DNA of 64,000 bases from Escherichia coli (GCF_003334405.1 NZ_QOWM01000003.1); one strand, 5' to 3'; numbered from the stretch's first letter, positions 35,854-45,838 are shown. The notes: generated by a model from the sequence alone, not told the origin. Program-made: numbers and translations.

Positions 35854-36720
35854 TCAGGCACCGAACCCCATGACCTGTTTAACATATTCCAGAGGGAAAT
35901 CTTTGCCAGTCCATAATGTGAACTGTTCAGCCCCTTGCCACAACAACATGCCGTATCCATCAATCGTTTTGCAACCAGCTTGTTGCGCCTGCTGCAATAA
36001 CTTCGTCATATGCGGGTTATACACGCATTCAGTGACCAGAAGTCCCGGATGTAACAGACTGATATCATTAACCAATGATTCATTCTCAAGGGGTTTCATA
36101 CCCACTTTTGTGCCATTGGTTAAAATGTCGGCGGAAGCCAGGGCTTCAGCAAAGGCTTGCTGATCGGCGAGATCGGTGACCGTGACGACACAATCGGTGT
36201 TTTCATTAACCCGCTGCGCGAAGGCGAGGGCTTTATCGAAGAACTCATCCCGACGGTTAAAGAGTTTAATTTCTTTTAAACCTTCAATTGCCCCCTGCGC
36301 GCCAATTGCCGTTGAGGCACCACCGGCCCCTAACAGCACCATCGTTTTGCCTTTGATATCAAAACCGCTCTCTTTAATGGCGCGAATATGGCCCGTGCCG
36401 TCGGTGTTATAGCCACGCAGATAGCCATCATCATTAACGATGGTGTTGATGGCCCCCACCAGTTTGGCAGCTGGTGTTAATTCATCAACATATTCACACG
36501 CCAGTTGTTTGTTCGGCATCGATACACCAGTTCCGCGCATTTTGAGGGCTTTTAATCCTTCAATTGCTCCAGGAAAGCTATCGTTATCCACTTCGAAGGC
36601 CATATAGGTAAATGGCAATCCCGCTTTTTCTAAGGCTTTATTCTGCATTTCGGGCGATAAACTGTGGCGGATAGGATAGGCCATCAACCCAATCAATTCG
36701 TATTTTGCGGTAACATCCAT
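35854..36720 (-). CDS. ydiB: Quinate/shikimate dehydrogenase (NAD/NADP)
   Basis: ORF track 288 aa with Rossmann motif [12 protein letters not shown]. It is an AroE paralogue. Confidence 0.96.
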
Positions 36721-36731
36721 AATTAACTCCT

Positions 36732-37997
36732 TTAACCTCTATGCTTAATTGTGTTTAACCGGGTGCAAAATTTACGCTCGCCAAACCGCACATCATTTTC
36801 AGGAATAATGAAAACGCGGTAATAGCGGATAAAAACAATAATTGCGGTAATCAGGGCCAGCAGCGCGAAAGTAAAATCGAGAACAATGATATATTGCAGG
36901 CCGATGTTCGACAGATAACCGGTAATCAGTGGAATAACAAAGTTAGCCAGTCCACCCATCATCATATAAATACTGGTGACTTTGGCTTTGCTTTTGGGAA
37001 AAAACTCTGACATGACCGAAACGCCGAGCTGTAAAATGCCGCCAGCTGCTGAGAAACCGATAACAAAGGCTCCGGCATTGCACACCAGTGGAGAAGGGTA
37101 CAGGTAGATAATGGCTGCTGTTATTGTTGCCAGTGCAGAGTTAAATACATTAGCCCAGATGGGCCGGACCATTTTTTTCAGTAGTGCGGCAAAAATAAAG
37201 ACACAGACCAACGAGCCCATACTGTAATAAGAGATGGTTTTTAATGCCTCAGCTTCTGACATACCAGCAAAAGCCATCGCATATTTGGGCATCCACACCA
37301 CAATCACATAAAAGGTCGAGAATGCGGCTACACCGAACAGTACCGATGAAACACCTTCCAGCCAGACTAACGGTTTGCTGTTCATTTGCGGTAATTCATT
37401 AGTTACGCTGGCGTCCACCAACTGGCTGGGGAATTTGCTTTTCAACAGCATCAGCGTGATCAGTACAAATAGAATACCCGGAATAATCAGCCCATAGCCG
37501 TACCAGATATTATTGAGCAACATATAGCTCACCAGCATTGGGTAGAACATTTGCCCAAATGACACCATCGCTTTAACCAGTATGACCGCCGAACCAGAGG
37601 CTTTCGGAAAGCATTCCATGAGCGCGGGGTAGCCACCCGTATCCAGCGCTGAGTTAGCGATACCTACGCACACTGCCAGACCGTAGGCGAGAGTTAAATT
37701 CGGGCAAGCGGGAATACCAAAGAAGAATAGCAGATACATTATTACTGCCATTAATATCACCGCCCGACGACCAAACTTATCGGAGATCACACCGAAGAAT
37801 AAAATACTGATCAATCGCCCCAAACCGATACCGGAAATTAAGTAGGCAATGCCCGCGTTGTCAGTGGAAAACTTTTCCGCCAGAGATGACATATTTTGGG
37901 CAAGCGTAATAACACTAATGCCGTGCAGGAAGTAGCTGAAGTAAATACAAAGAACAGCCAGGATAAATGGCGTGCTGAAAGCCTTATTTTGAGACAT
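36732..37997 (-). CDS. ydiN: MFS transporter, substrate unknown
   Basis: 421 aa from [11 protein letters not shown] (the track ORF starts 2 codons earlier). It is polytopic with the MFS loop motif DKFGRR, and is a paralogue of YdiM. Confidence 0.92.
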
Positions 37998-38223
37998 TTT
38001 CACAGCTCCTTGCTGAAAGATAATTTCGTTACCGTACGTATTGTTCTCCGACGGTTTACATAATTACTATACTGAAGATGATTTTCCCTGGGTACATGGC
38101 ATAAAGTTTATGTTTCCAGGAATATTGCATGTCATAGTTTGTTTTTGATCGCGATTTTCCTTAGTTAGCGCAGAAAGAGTTATTTATCCGTAAGATCTTG
38201 CATGACCTGAAAAGAATATTGCA

Positions 38224-39438
38224 TTACCCACCCGGAGCGACATTTTCCTTTAGCGAGTGATGCCGCGTTTTTTTGCGGCTGCGTAAGCCGATAAACAGTG
38301 CCAGTAAAAAACCGATGGCAGCGATGGCGGTATCGAACCACATAATATCGGCAATACTTCTTTGGGACAGATGAGCCGTAATCAACGGAATAGTAAAGGT
38401 CGCAATACTGCCCGCACTGTAATAGATCCCTGTAGCTTTACCTTTAGCGTAAGGGAAACGTTCAGCCATTAACGTCAGGCCAATTTGCACAACACCTCCA
38501 GCAGAGGTAAAACCAATGACAAAAGCAAATATTATCACCACATAAAATGTGGGATGCAGGCAGACGGTAAACAGAGCAATAAATGAGATAAAGGTGTACA
38601 GCATCAGTAATGTTGTTGGGCGAACGGTATTACGAATGAGTGGAGCGGTAATAAATACACAAAGCAGCGAACCCACGGTGTAGATACTGAGTAGTTTGAT
38701 CGACATAGTGTATGACATGCCTGCAACAAATTGTCCGTACTGTGCCAGCCACTGGCTAACCAGATAAAACGTTGCCATTGAGATATAGCCATATAAGGTA
38801 TAACTGGCTAAATAGATAATTGAACAGCGATGTTCCGTAGAGCTGGTGGTTTTCTTTATGACAGGTAAGCGACGACCCGGATGGGGTGGGAACGTACAAC
38901 GGTATAAAAACAGAGCGTTAATAAACATAATGCCTGCAGCAATCATAAAGGACCAACCGAACCACAGTTCAGCCCACACTAACAGGCTAATGATTAGCGG
39001 TAATAAAAATTGTCCGCTGGAAACAAATGCTTTAATTAAAATATTGGCTGTCCCAGGTGAGCGTGGAAAAGCTTCCATCAAACTGGGATAAGTGCCTGCA
39101 TCGAGAAAACTGTTTGCCATTCCCGCCAGAAAGCCAAAAACATAAGCGATAATGATGTTATTGGTCTGCAGGATGCCAAAAAAGAAGGCCATATAGCAGC
39201 ACATCCCGAGCATGATAAAAGGGCGGCGACCAAAGCGATCGGATAATAATCCTGCAAAAAGCAAGACACTTAATCGACCAATGCCCAGCGATGAGATAAC
39301 TATCGAGACACCCGCGGCATTAGTCTGCCAAAGTGTCTCCAGCGAGGCCATATTCAGGCTCATCAAAAGGACGCCCATACCATGCACCAGGTAATTAAAA
39401 TACAACCCAAGTGCGGTAGGGAAATAGGGATTTTTCAT
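38224..39438 (-). CDS. ydiM: MFS transporter, substrate unknown
   Basis: ORF track 404 aa with MFS motif DRFGRR. It is clearly alignable by eye to YdiN. Confidence 0.92.
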   Translation of the reverse strand: MKNPYFPTALGLYFNYLVHGMGVLLMSLNMASLETLWQTNAAGVSIVISSLGIGRLSVLLFAGLLSDRFGRRPFIMLGMCCYMAFFFGILQTNNIIIAYVFGFLAGMANSFLDAGTYPSLMEAFPRSPGTANILIKAFVSSGQFLLPLIISLLVWAELWFGWSFMIAAGIMFINALFLYRCTFPPHPGRRLPVIKKTTSSTEHRCSIIYLASYTLYGYISMATFYLVSQWLAQYGQFVAGMSYTMSIKLLSIYTVGSLLCVFITAPLIRNTVRPTTLLMLYTFISFIALFTVCLHPTFYVVIIFAFVIGFTSAGGVVQIGLTLMAERFPYAKGKATGIYYSAGSIATFTIPLITAHLSQRSIADIMWFDTAIAAIGFLLALFIGLRSRKKTRHHSLKENVAPGG

Positions 39439-39537
39439 AGGTTCTACTTAGCAAAGGTGCTTTAAAAAGTGAAGCGATGTTGTGTCAGCATCCGTTCATT
39501 ATTGTTGTAACAACGACAATTCCTTTCTGTGGAAAAA

Positions 39538-39894
39538 TTAACAAAGCCGCTCCAGATCGTGTGCATATAATTCAGCAGCTACCGATTGATAGATCTTCCA
39601 GTCAATAAAATTGCCATCAGGGTAGACTCGTTGAAATGCGGTTAAGTCGGGGAAAAAACGCATGGTGTTGTTGCCGATGCGGTTATTTATTTTCTCTATG
39701 ATGGCATGAAGATGTTTTTTTCTTTGCTGACGCATAGCCAACAGTTGCTCGACTACACGATCAGGAATGGCACACTTGCCATTTTCCCACTGACGCCAGC
39801 TTTCACTGTCACCGGTCTGGGCAATCCAGGTCGCGCATTCATCAATAGTCATGGCAAAAATATGGCGGAGTGCCTGGAGTTCATAAGCGTTCAT
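39538..39894 (-). CDS. ydiL: Small HTH-like protein YdiL (DUF1870)
   Basis: 118 aa from MNAYELQALRHIFAMTIDECATW. The track ORF starts 9 codons earlier. Confidence 0.85.
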   Translation of the reverse strand: MNAYELQALRHIFAMTIDECATWIAQTGDSESWRQWENGKCAIPDRVVEQLLAMRQQRKKHLHAIIEKINNRIGNNTMRFFPDLTAFQRVYPDGNFIDWKIYQSVAAELYAHDLERLC

Positions 39895-40031
39895 CGTGTA
39901 ATGGCTGCATGAAATAAACAATAAAATATAAATAACATTATCAGCCTGCTGACGGCTTGAAGAGAGTCACAGTATCTTGTGCAACATTATTGGAAAGAGT
40001 GAGGGGCGAGGTAGCGAAGCGGAAAAATGTT

Positions 40032-40137
40032 AAAAAAAAGCCCATCGTGGGAGATGGGCAAAGACTACACACAGCAATTCGTTGTTTCACTCAGGGGATT
40101 TCCATGCTTATAAATCAATATGTTGATTTATAACCGT
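40032..40137 (-). ncRNA. rprA: RprA small RNA (Hfq-dependent activator of rpoS translation)
   Basis: The - strand reads ACGGTTATAAATCAACATATTGATTTATAAGCATGGAAATCCCCTGAGTGAAACAACGAATTGCTGTGTGTAGTCTTTGCCCATCTCCCACGATGGGCTTTTTTTT. This matches the RprA sequence as I remember it and ends in a hairpin plus U8 terminator. Confidence 0.9.
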
Positions 40138-40293
40138 GAGCTAATAGTAGGCATACGGACTTTTTGCGTCGATCAGATTCGTCTCATTAGTTTAAAAACT
40201 GTAAAGAATTTGCGACAGGTACTACCAGCTGAATGGCGGTAAGCAGGAAAATATGGGGAAGAGCAAGCAAATATCAATTAGCGGTGGTTAACA

Positions 40294-40316
40294 ATCAGGC
40301 GGCAGAGCCGCCTGAT
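40294..40316 (-). terminator. Hairpin downstream of ydiK
   Basis: atcaggcgg cagag ccgcctgat forms a 9-bp stem. The - strand tail TGTTAACC is weak. Confidence 0.5.
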
Positions 40317-40322
40317 GAGAAA

Positions 40323-41435
40323 TTACTTATTCGGTTTCTCGATTTCGCCAAGTTCTTCGAGAATTTCTTCCGGTTGGTCCGTCGGCGGCGGGACTTCTTC
40401 CACCCACGCGGCAAACAGACGCCAGGAAACGGCTAACAGAACCGGACCAATAAACAGACCGATCATCCCGAAAGCAATCAAACCACCAATAACGCCAGAG
40501 AGAATCAGGATCAGCGGTAAATCGGCACCCATGCGAATTAACATTGGGCGGATGACGTTATCCAGCGTGCCAACCACACCGCTCCACACTAACAATACCG
40601 TTCCCCAGGTGGTATCGCCAGTCCAGTAGAGCCAGATAATCGCCGGAATCAGTACCGGCAACGGGCCAAGCTGGACAAGGCAGGAGAGGATCATTAACAC
40701 CGTTAGCAACGTTGCATAAGGTACGCCGGATACGGCGAGGCCGATACCGCCAAGCACTGCCTGTACTAACGCCGTCACCACCACACCCAGCGCCACCGCG
40801 CGGATAGCCTGTGCCGCCAGCAGCACGGCGGCATCTCCGCGAACGCCTGCCAGACGGGTTGCAAAATGGCGAATGCCTTGTGCCACCTGTTCACCGCGCC
40901 AGTACAGCAGGGCACTGAAGAGAAGCATCAGCGCACAATGCACCATAAAGCGCCCGATATGCGCCGCCTGCCCAACGAACCAGGTGGTGGTGGTGCCAAT
41001 ATAAGGGCGGACTTTCGCCATGATCGCCGTCCCCCCCATATCCAGCAAGTTGTGCCAGCCTGCATACAGCTTCGCGCCAATCACCGGAATGGTATTAAGC
41101 CACGCCAGATCGGGTAACGTCATGTCACCGCTGGAAATGGCTTTAATTAGCGGGCCGCTGCCGTCGACGATACTGTTAACCAGCAAAGCAATAGGGATGA
41201 TAAACACCATCACTAATAACAGCGTCATCACCAGAACGGCGAGAGAGCGGCGGCCAAACATGATCTTTTGCAAACGTAACAATACCGGCCAGGTGGCGAT
41301 AACCACCGTACCGGCCCATGCAAAGCCGAGAATAAAGGGTTGAACAATCCACAGACATGCCACAATCATGATGGCTAAAAACAGCACCGAAAGCAGAATT
41401 TGTGCGACATCCCTGGGCTGACGAACATTTACCAT
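40323..41435 (-). CDS. ydiK: AI-2E/PerM (UPF0118) family inner-membrane transporter
   Basis: ORF track 370 aa and polytopic. Matches recalled YdiK. Confidence 0.93.
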   Translation of the reverse strand: MVNVRQPRDVAQILLSVLFLAIMIVACLWIVQPFILGFAWAGTVVIATWPVLLRLQKIMFGRRSLAVLVMTLLLVMVFIIPIALLVNSIVDGSGPLIKAISSGDMTLPDLAWLNTIPVIGAKLYAGWHNLLDMGGTAIMAKVRPYIGTTTTWFVGQAAHIGRFMVHCALMLLFSALLYWRGEQVAQGIRHFATRLAGVRGDAAVLLAAQAIRAVALGVVVTALVQAVLGGIGLAVSGVPYATLLTVLMILSCLVQLGPLPVLIPAIIWLYWTGDTTWGTVLLVWSGVVGTLDNVIRPMLIRMGADLPLILILSGVIGGLIAFGMIGLFIGPVLLAVSWRLFAAWVEEVPPPTDQPEEILEELGEIEKPNK

Positions 41436-41610
41436 AACTACTTTTCACCTTTTTTGTGCGTCAAATCGTCGACGCGACGTGAACACGCGAAACTCACCTG
41501 CATAATGATGAGCAATTTCAGCGGTTTTTAACAGGCCGATTCTGCCCTTAATTCTGATGGGCGTGTTAGAAAAAAATGTGGTACAACAACTCAGGCAACA
41601 CGCAAACGAT

Positions 41611-41733
41611 TTACTCGTCGTATTTCAAGTTGCATGTGCTGCGGCTACGTTCGTTCACCCCAGTCACTTACTATTGTAAGCTCCTGGAGTTCACTCGCTT
41701 GCCGCCTTCCTGCAACACGAAATCCATAGAGTA
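41611..41733. repeat. ERIC / IRU element (enterobacterial repetitive intergenic consensus)
   Basis: An imperfect 120-bp palindrome containing ...TTCACCCCAGTCACTTACTATTGTAAGCTCCTGGAGTTCACT.... This is the reverse complement of the ERIC core GTGAATCCCCAGGAGCTTACATAAGTAAGTGACTGGGGTGA as I recall it. The arms pair: ttactcgtcgtatttcaagttgca with tgcaacacgaaatccatagagtaa. Confidence 0.8.
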
Positions 41734-41823
41734 AACAAACATCACCTTTCAGTGCGCTATTGCAGCAGCCTGAAAGAATAGTGTATCGACCTACATCACA
41801 GACCGCAGGAAAGGGTCAATATA

Positions 41824-44800
41824 ATGATTCCACAGATTTCCCAGGCACCCGGCGTCGTTCAACTGGTGCTTAATTTTTTGCAAGAGCTGGAGCAACAAGG
41901 TTTTACCGGCGATACGGCGACAAGTTATGCCGATCGTCTGACAATGTCGACCGACAACAGTATTTACCAACTTCTCCCCGATGCGGTGGTATTTCCGCGT
42001 TCAACCGCAGATGTGGCGCTGATCGCCCGTCTTGCCGCGCAGGAACGCTATTCATCGCTGATCTTTACCCCCCGCGGCGGCGGCACCGGCACTAACGGTC
42101 AGGCGCTCAACCAGGGGATTATTGTTGATATGTCCCGCCATATGAACCGCATCATCGAAATTAACCCTGAAGAGGGCTGGGTGCGCGTTGAGGCCGGGGT
42201 GATAAAAGATCAACTCAATCAGTACCTGAAACCGTTCGGCTACTTTTTTGCGCCGGAACTTTCGACCAGCAACCGGGCAACGCTCGGTGGGATGATCAAT
42301 ACCGATGCATCCGGTCAGGGATCGCTGGTCTATGGCAAAACGTCAGATCACGTACTTGGCGTACGCGCGGTGTTGTTGGGGGGCGATATTCTCGATACGC
42401 AACCTTTACCCGTCGAATTGGCGGAAACGCTGGGTAAATCCAATACCACAATCGGGCGAATTTATAACACGGTTTATCAACGTTGCCGTCAGCAACGCCA
42501 GTTAATTATCGACAACTTCCCCAAACTTAACCGCTTTCTTACCGGTTACGATCTGCGTCATGTCTTTAACGATGAGATGACCGAGTTCGACCTGACGCGC
42601 ATTCTGACGGGTTCAGAAGGGACGCTGGCCTTTATTACCGAAGCGCGGCTGGATATTACACGCTTGCCTAAAGTGCGCCGTCTGGTGAACGTCAAATATG
42701 ACTCTTTTGACTCTGCGCTGCGTAACGCGCCGTTTATGGTTGAGGCGCGGGCGCTTTCGGTAGAGACGGTGGACTCAAAAGTGCTGAATCTGGCGCGGGA
42801 AGATATTGTCTGGCATTCCGTCAGCGAGTTGATTACCGATGTGCCTGACCAAGAGATGCTCGGGCTGAACATTGTGGAATTTGCTGGTGATGATGAGGCG
42901 CTGATTGATGAGCGGGTAAATGCACTCTGTGCGCGGTTGGATGAGCTGATCGCCAGTCATCAAGCAGGTGTCATCGGCTGGCAGGTGTGCCGTGAGCTGG
43001 CGGGGGTTGAACGTATCTATGCAATGCGCAAAAAAGCCGTTGGTCTGCTTGGCAATGCCAAAGGTGCCGCTAAGCCAATTCCGTTTGCTGAGGATACCTG
43101 CGTACCGCCGGAACACCTGGCGGATTATATTGCTGAATTTCGCGCGCTGCTCGACAGCCACGGCTTAAGCTACGGTATGTTCGGTCACGTCGACGCAGGT
43201 GTCTTGCACGTCCGTCCAGCGCTGGATATGTGCGATCCTCAACAAGAGATTTTGATGAAGCAAATCTCTGATGACGTGGTGGCGCTGACTGCGAAATACG
43301 GTGGTTTGTTGTGGGGCGAGCACGGCAAAGGTTTTCGCGCTGAATACAGCCCGGCGTTTTTCGGTGAGGAACTTTTTGCAGAACTGCGCAAAGTGAAAGC
43401 GGCATTTGACCCGCATAACCGACTCAACCCAGGGAAGATTTGCCCGCCAGAAGGTCTCGATGCGCCGATGATGAAAGTGGACGCGGTGAAGCGCGGTACA
43501 TTCGATCGGCAGATCCCCATTGCGGTACGCCAGCAGTGGCGCGGTGCGATGGAGTGTAACGGCAACGGTTTATGCTTCAACTTTGATGCCCGTAGTCCGA
43601 TGTGTCCGTCGATGAAGATCACCCAGAACCGGATTCATTCACCGAAAGGGCGCGCAACGCTGGTGCGTGAATGGCTGCGTTTGTTGGCGGATCGCGGCGT
43701 TGATCCACTCAAACTGGAACAAGAACTGCCTGAATCCGGCGTCAGTTTGCGGACGTTAATTGCCCGCACGCGCAATAGCTGGCATGCGAATAAAGGCGAA
43801 TATGACTTCTCACACGAAGTCAAAGAGGCGATGTCGGGCTGTCTGGCCTGTAAAGCGTGTTCGACCCAGTGCCCCATCAAAATTGATGTGCCGGAGTTTC
43901 GCTCTCGTTTTCTGCAGCTCTATCACACCCGTTATTTACGCCCGCTGCGCGACCACCTCGTCGCTACGGTCGAGAGCTACGCGCCGCTGATGGCACGCGC
44001 GCCGAAAACCTTTAACTTCTTCATTAACCAGCCGCTGGTGCGCAAACTCTCGGAAAAACATATCGGCATGGTTGATTTGCCGCTGCTGTCGGTCCCCTCG
44101 CTACAACAACAAATGGTGGGGCATCGCTCGGCAAACATGACGCTGGAACAGCTTGAATCTCTCAATGCAGAGCAGAAAGCGCGCACAGTGTTGGTGGTGC
44201 AGGACCCCTTTACCAGCTATTACGATGCGCAAGTGGTGGCGGATTTTGTCCGTCTGGTCGAAAAATTAGGTTTCCAGCCTGTGTTACTGCCATTTTCGCC
44301 AAATGGCAAAGCCCAGCATATTAAAGGTTTTCTTAATCGTTTTGCGAAGACGGCGAAAAAGACGGCGGATTTCCTCAACCGTATGGCGAAGCTGGGTATG
44401 CCAATGGTGGGCGTCGATCCGGCGCTGGTACTTTGTTATCGCGATGAATATAAACTGGCGCTGGGCGAGGAGCGTGGCGAGTTTAACGTCTTACTGGCGA
44501 ATGAATGGCTGGCAAGCGCACTTGAGTCACAGCCAGTGGCTACAGTCAGCGGTGAATCATGGTATTTCTTTGGTCACTGTACCGAAGTTACCGCCTTGCC
44601 GGGTGCGCCAGCACAATGGGCCGCGATATTTGCCCGTTTTGGCGCGAAACTGGAAAATGTCAGCGTGGGTTGCTGCGGCATGGCAGGGACTTACGGACAT
44701 GAAGCGAAAAACCATGAAAATTCGCTCGGGATCTATGAGTTATCCTGGCATCAGGCTATGCAGCGACTGCCGCGTAACCGCTGTCTGGCGACCGGATATT

Positions 44801-44880
44801 CCTGCCGTAGCCAGGTAAAACGGGTTGAAGGCACGGGGGTACGCCATCCTGTGCAGGCTTTACTGGAGATTATTAAATGA
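41824..44880 (+). CDS. ydiJ: Large FAD-linked oxidase fused to Fe-S / CCG domains (reported D-2-hydroxyglutarate dehydrogenase, from memory)
   Basis: ORF track 1018 aa. It has an N-terminal FAD-binding oxidase region (PRGGGTGTNGQ), the ferredoxin motif CLACKACSTQCP, and a Cys-rich C-terminal half. Confidence 0.94.
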   Translation: MIPQISQAPGVVQLVLNFLQELEQQGFTGDTATSYADRLTMSTDNSIYQLLPDAVVFPRSTADVALIARLAAQERYSSLIFTPRGGGTGTNGQALNQGIIVDMSRHMNRIIEINPEEGWVRVEAGVIKDQLNQYLKPFGYFFAPELSTSNRATLGGMINTDASGQGSLVYGKTSDHVLGVRAVLLGGDILDTQPLPVELAETLGKSNTTIGRIYNTVYQRCRQQRQLIIDNFPKLNRFLTGYDLRHVFNDEMTEFDLTRILTGSEGTLAFITEARLDITRLPKVRRLVNVKYDSFDSALRNAPFMVEARALSVETVDSKVLNLAREDIVWHSVSELITDVPDQEMLGLNIVEFAGDDEALIDERVNALCARLDELIASHQAGVIGWQVCRELAGVERIYAMRKKAVGLLGNAKGAAKPIPFAEDTCVPPEHLADYIAEFRALLDSHGLSYGMFGHVDAGVLHVRPALDMCDPQQEILMKQISDDVVALTAKYGGLLWGEHGKGFRAEYSPAFFGEELFAELRKVKAAFDPHNRLNPGKICPPEGLDAPMMKVDAVKRGTFDRQIPIAVRQQWRGAMECNGNGLCFNFDARSPMCPSMKITQNRIHSPKGRATLVREWLRLLADRGVDPLKLEQELPESGVSLRTLIARTRNSWHANKGEYDFSHEVKEAMSGCLACKACSTQCPIKIDVPEFRSRFLQLYHTRYLRPLRDHLVATVESYAPLMARAPKTFNFFINQPLVRKLSEKHIGMVDLPLLSVPSLQQQMVGHRSANMTLEQLESLNAEQKARTVLVVQDPFTSYYDAQVVADFVRLVEKLGFQPVLLPFSPNGKAQHIKGFLNRFAKTAKKTADFLNRMAKLGMPMVGVDPALVLCYRDEYKLALGEERGEFNVLLANEWLASALESQPVATVSGESWYFFGHCTEVTALPGAPAQWAAIFARFGAKLENVSVGCCGMAGTYGHEAKNHENSLGIYELSWHQAMQRLPRNRCLATGYSCRSQVKRVEGTGVRHPVQALLEIIK

Positions 44881-45287
44881 TATGGAAACGGAAAATCACC
44901 CTGGAAGCACTGAATGCTATGGGTGAAGGAAACATGGTGGGGTTCCTGGATATTCGCTTTGAACATATTGGTGATGACACCCTTGAAGCGACAATGCCAG
45001 TAGACTCGCGGACAAAGCAGCCTTTCGGGTTGCTGCATGGAGGAGCATCCGTGGTACTGGCCGAAAGTATCGGTTCCGTTGCCGGTTATTTATGTACCGA
45101 AGGTGAGCAAAAAGTGGTTGGTCTGGAAATCAATGCTAACCACGTCCGCTCGGCACGAGAAGGGCGGGTGCGCGGCGTATGCAAACCGTTGCATCTCGGT
45201 TCGCGTCACCAGGTCTGGCAGATTGAAATCTTCGATGAGAAAGGGCGTTTGTGCTGTTCGTCACGATTGACGACCGCCATTTTGTGA
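44877..45287 (+). CDS. menI: 1,4-dihydroxy-2-naphthoyl-CoA hydrolase (hotdog thioesterase)
   Basis: ORF track 136 aa. ATGA overlap with the ydiJ stop. Matches recalled YdiI/MenI. Confidence 0.94.
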   Translation: MIWKRKITLEALNAMGEGNMVGFLDIRFEHIGDDTLEATMPVDSRTKQPFGLLHGGASVVLAESIGSVAGYLCTEGEQKVVGLEINANHVRSAREGRVRGVCKPLHLGSRHQVWQIEIFDEKGRLCCSSRLTTAIL

Positions 45288-45386
45288 CGTTGTCACCAGA
45301 AAAGTGTGACGCATATTGCTTTTGGTCATTATCTGCACAGTAAACGGTGGTATACTGTGCAGGTCTTGTCTAAAAGCGAGGATGCT

Positions 45387-45575
45387 ATGTCTACTCAACT
45401 TGATCCCACCCAGCTGGCCATTGAATTTTTACGCCGTGACCAGAGCAATCTTTCACCTGCCCAATATCTCAAACGTCTGAAACAACTAGAACTTGAATTT
45501 GCTGACCTGCTTACTCTCTCTTCTGCTGAATTAAAAGAAGAAATCTACTTTGCCTGGCGTCTGGGCGTGCATTGA
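45387..45575 (+). CDS. ydiH: Small protein of unknown function YdiH
   Basis: 62 aa from MSTQLDPTQLAIEFLRRDQSNL, with GAGGA 6 nt upstream. The track ORF is a longer upstream extension. Confidence 0.8.
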   Translation: MSTQLDPTQLAIEFLRRDQSNLSPAQYLKRLKQLELEFADLLTLSSAELKEEIYFAWRLGVH

Positions 45576-45728
45576 TCCTGACTTAATGCCGCAAGTTCGC
45601 CAAATCGACCTGGATTAACCTCCGTCCAGGTTCGATGACCTTCTTAATACTGCTTATCTACCGCCTGATATTGTTCAAAAATAATACTAATCGCAGTTTG
45701 TGTTAAAACGGCGGGTTAGCTTTATGAG

Positions 45729-45838
45729 ATTATTCTTATCGCCCCTTCAAGAGCTAAGCCACTGAGAGTGCCGGAGATAAGCGCCGGATGGGGTAGAAAC
45801 CCTTAAGCCTGTGTCGCACAGACTTAAGGGTTTTCTTA
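45729..45838 (+). ncRNA. rydB: rydB small-RNA region, ending in a strong terminator hairpin
   Basis: K-12 has the sRNA rydB between ydiH and sufA on this strand; that placement is from memory and the boundaries are uncertain. What the sequence shows directly is a long hairpin at 45797..45833 (aaaccctaag...cttaagggttt with an inner ctgtg/cacag stem) followed by TTTTCTTATTT. Confidence 0.4.
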
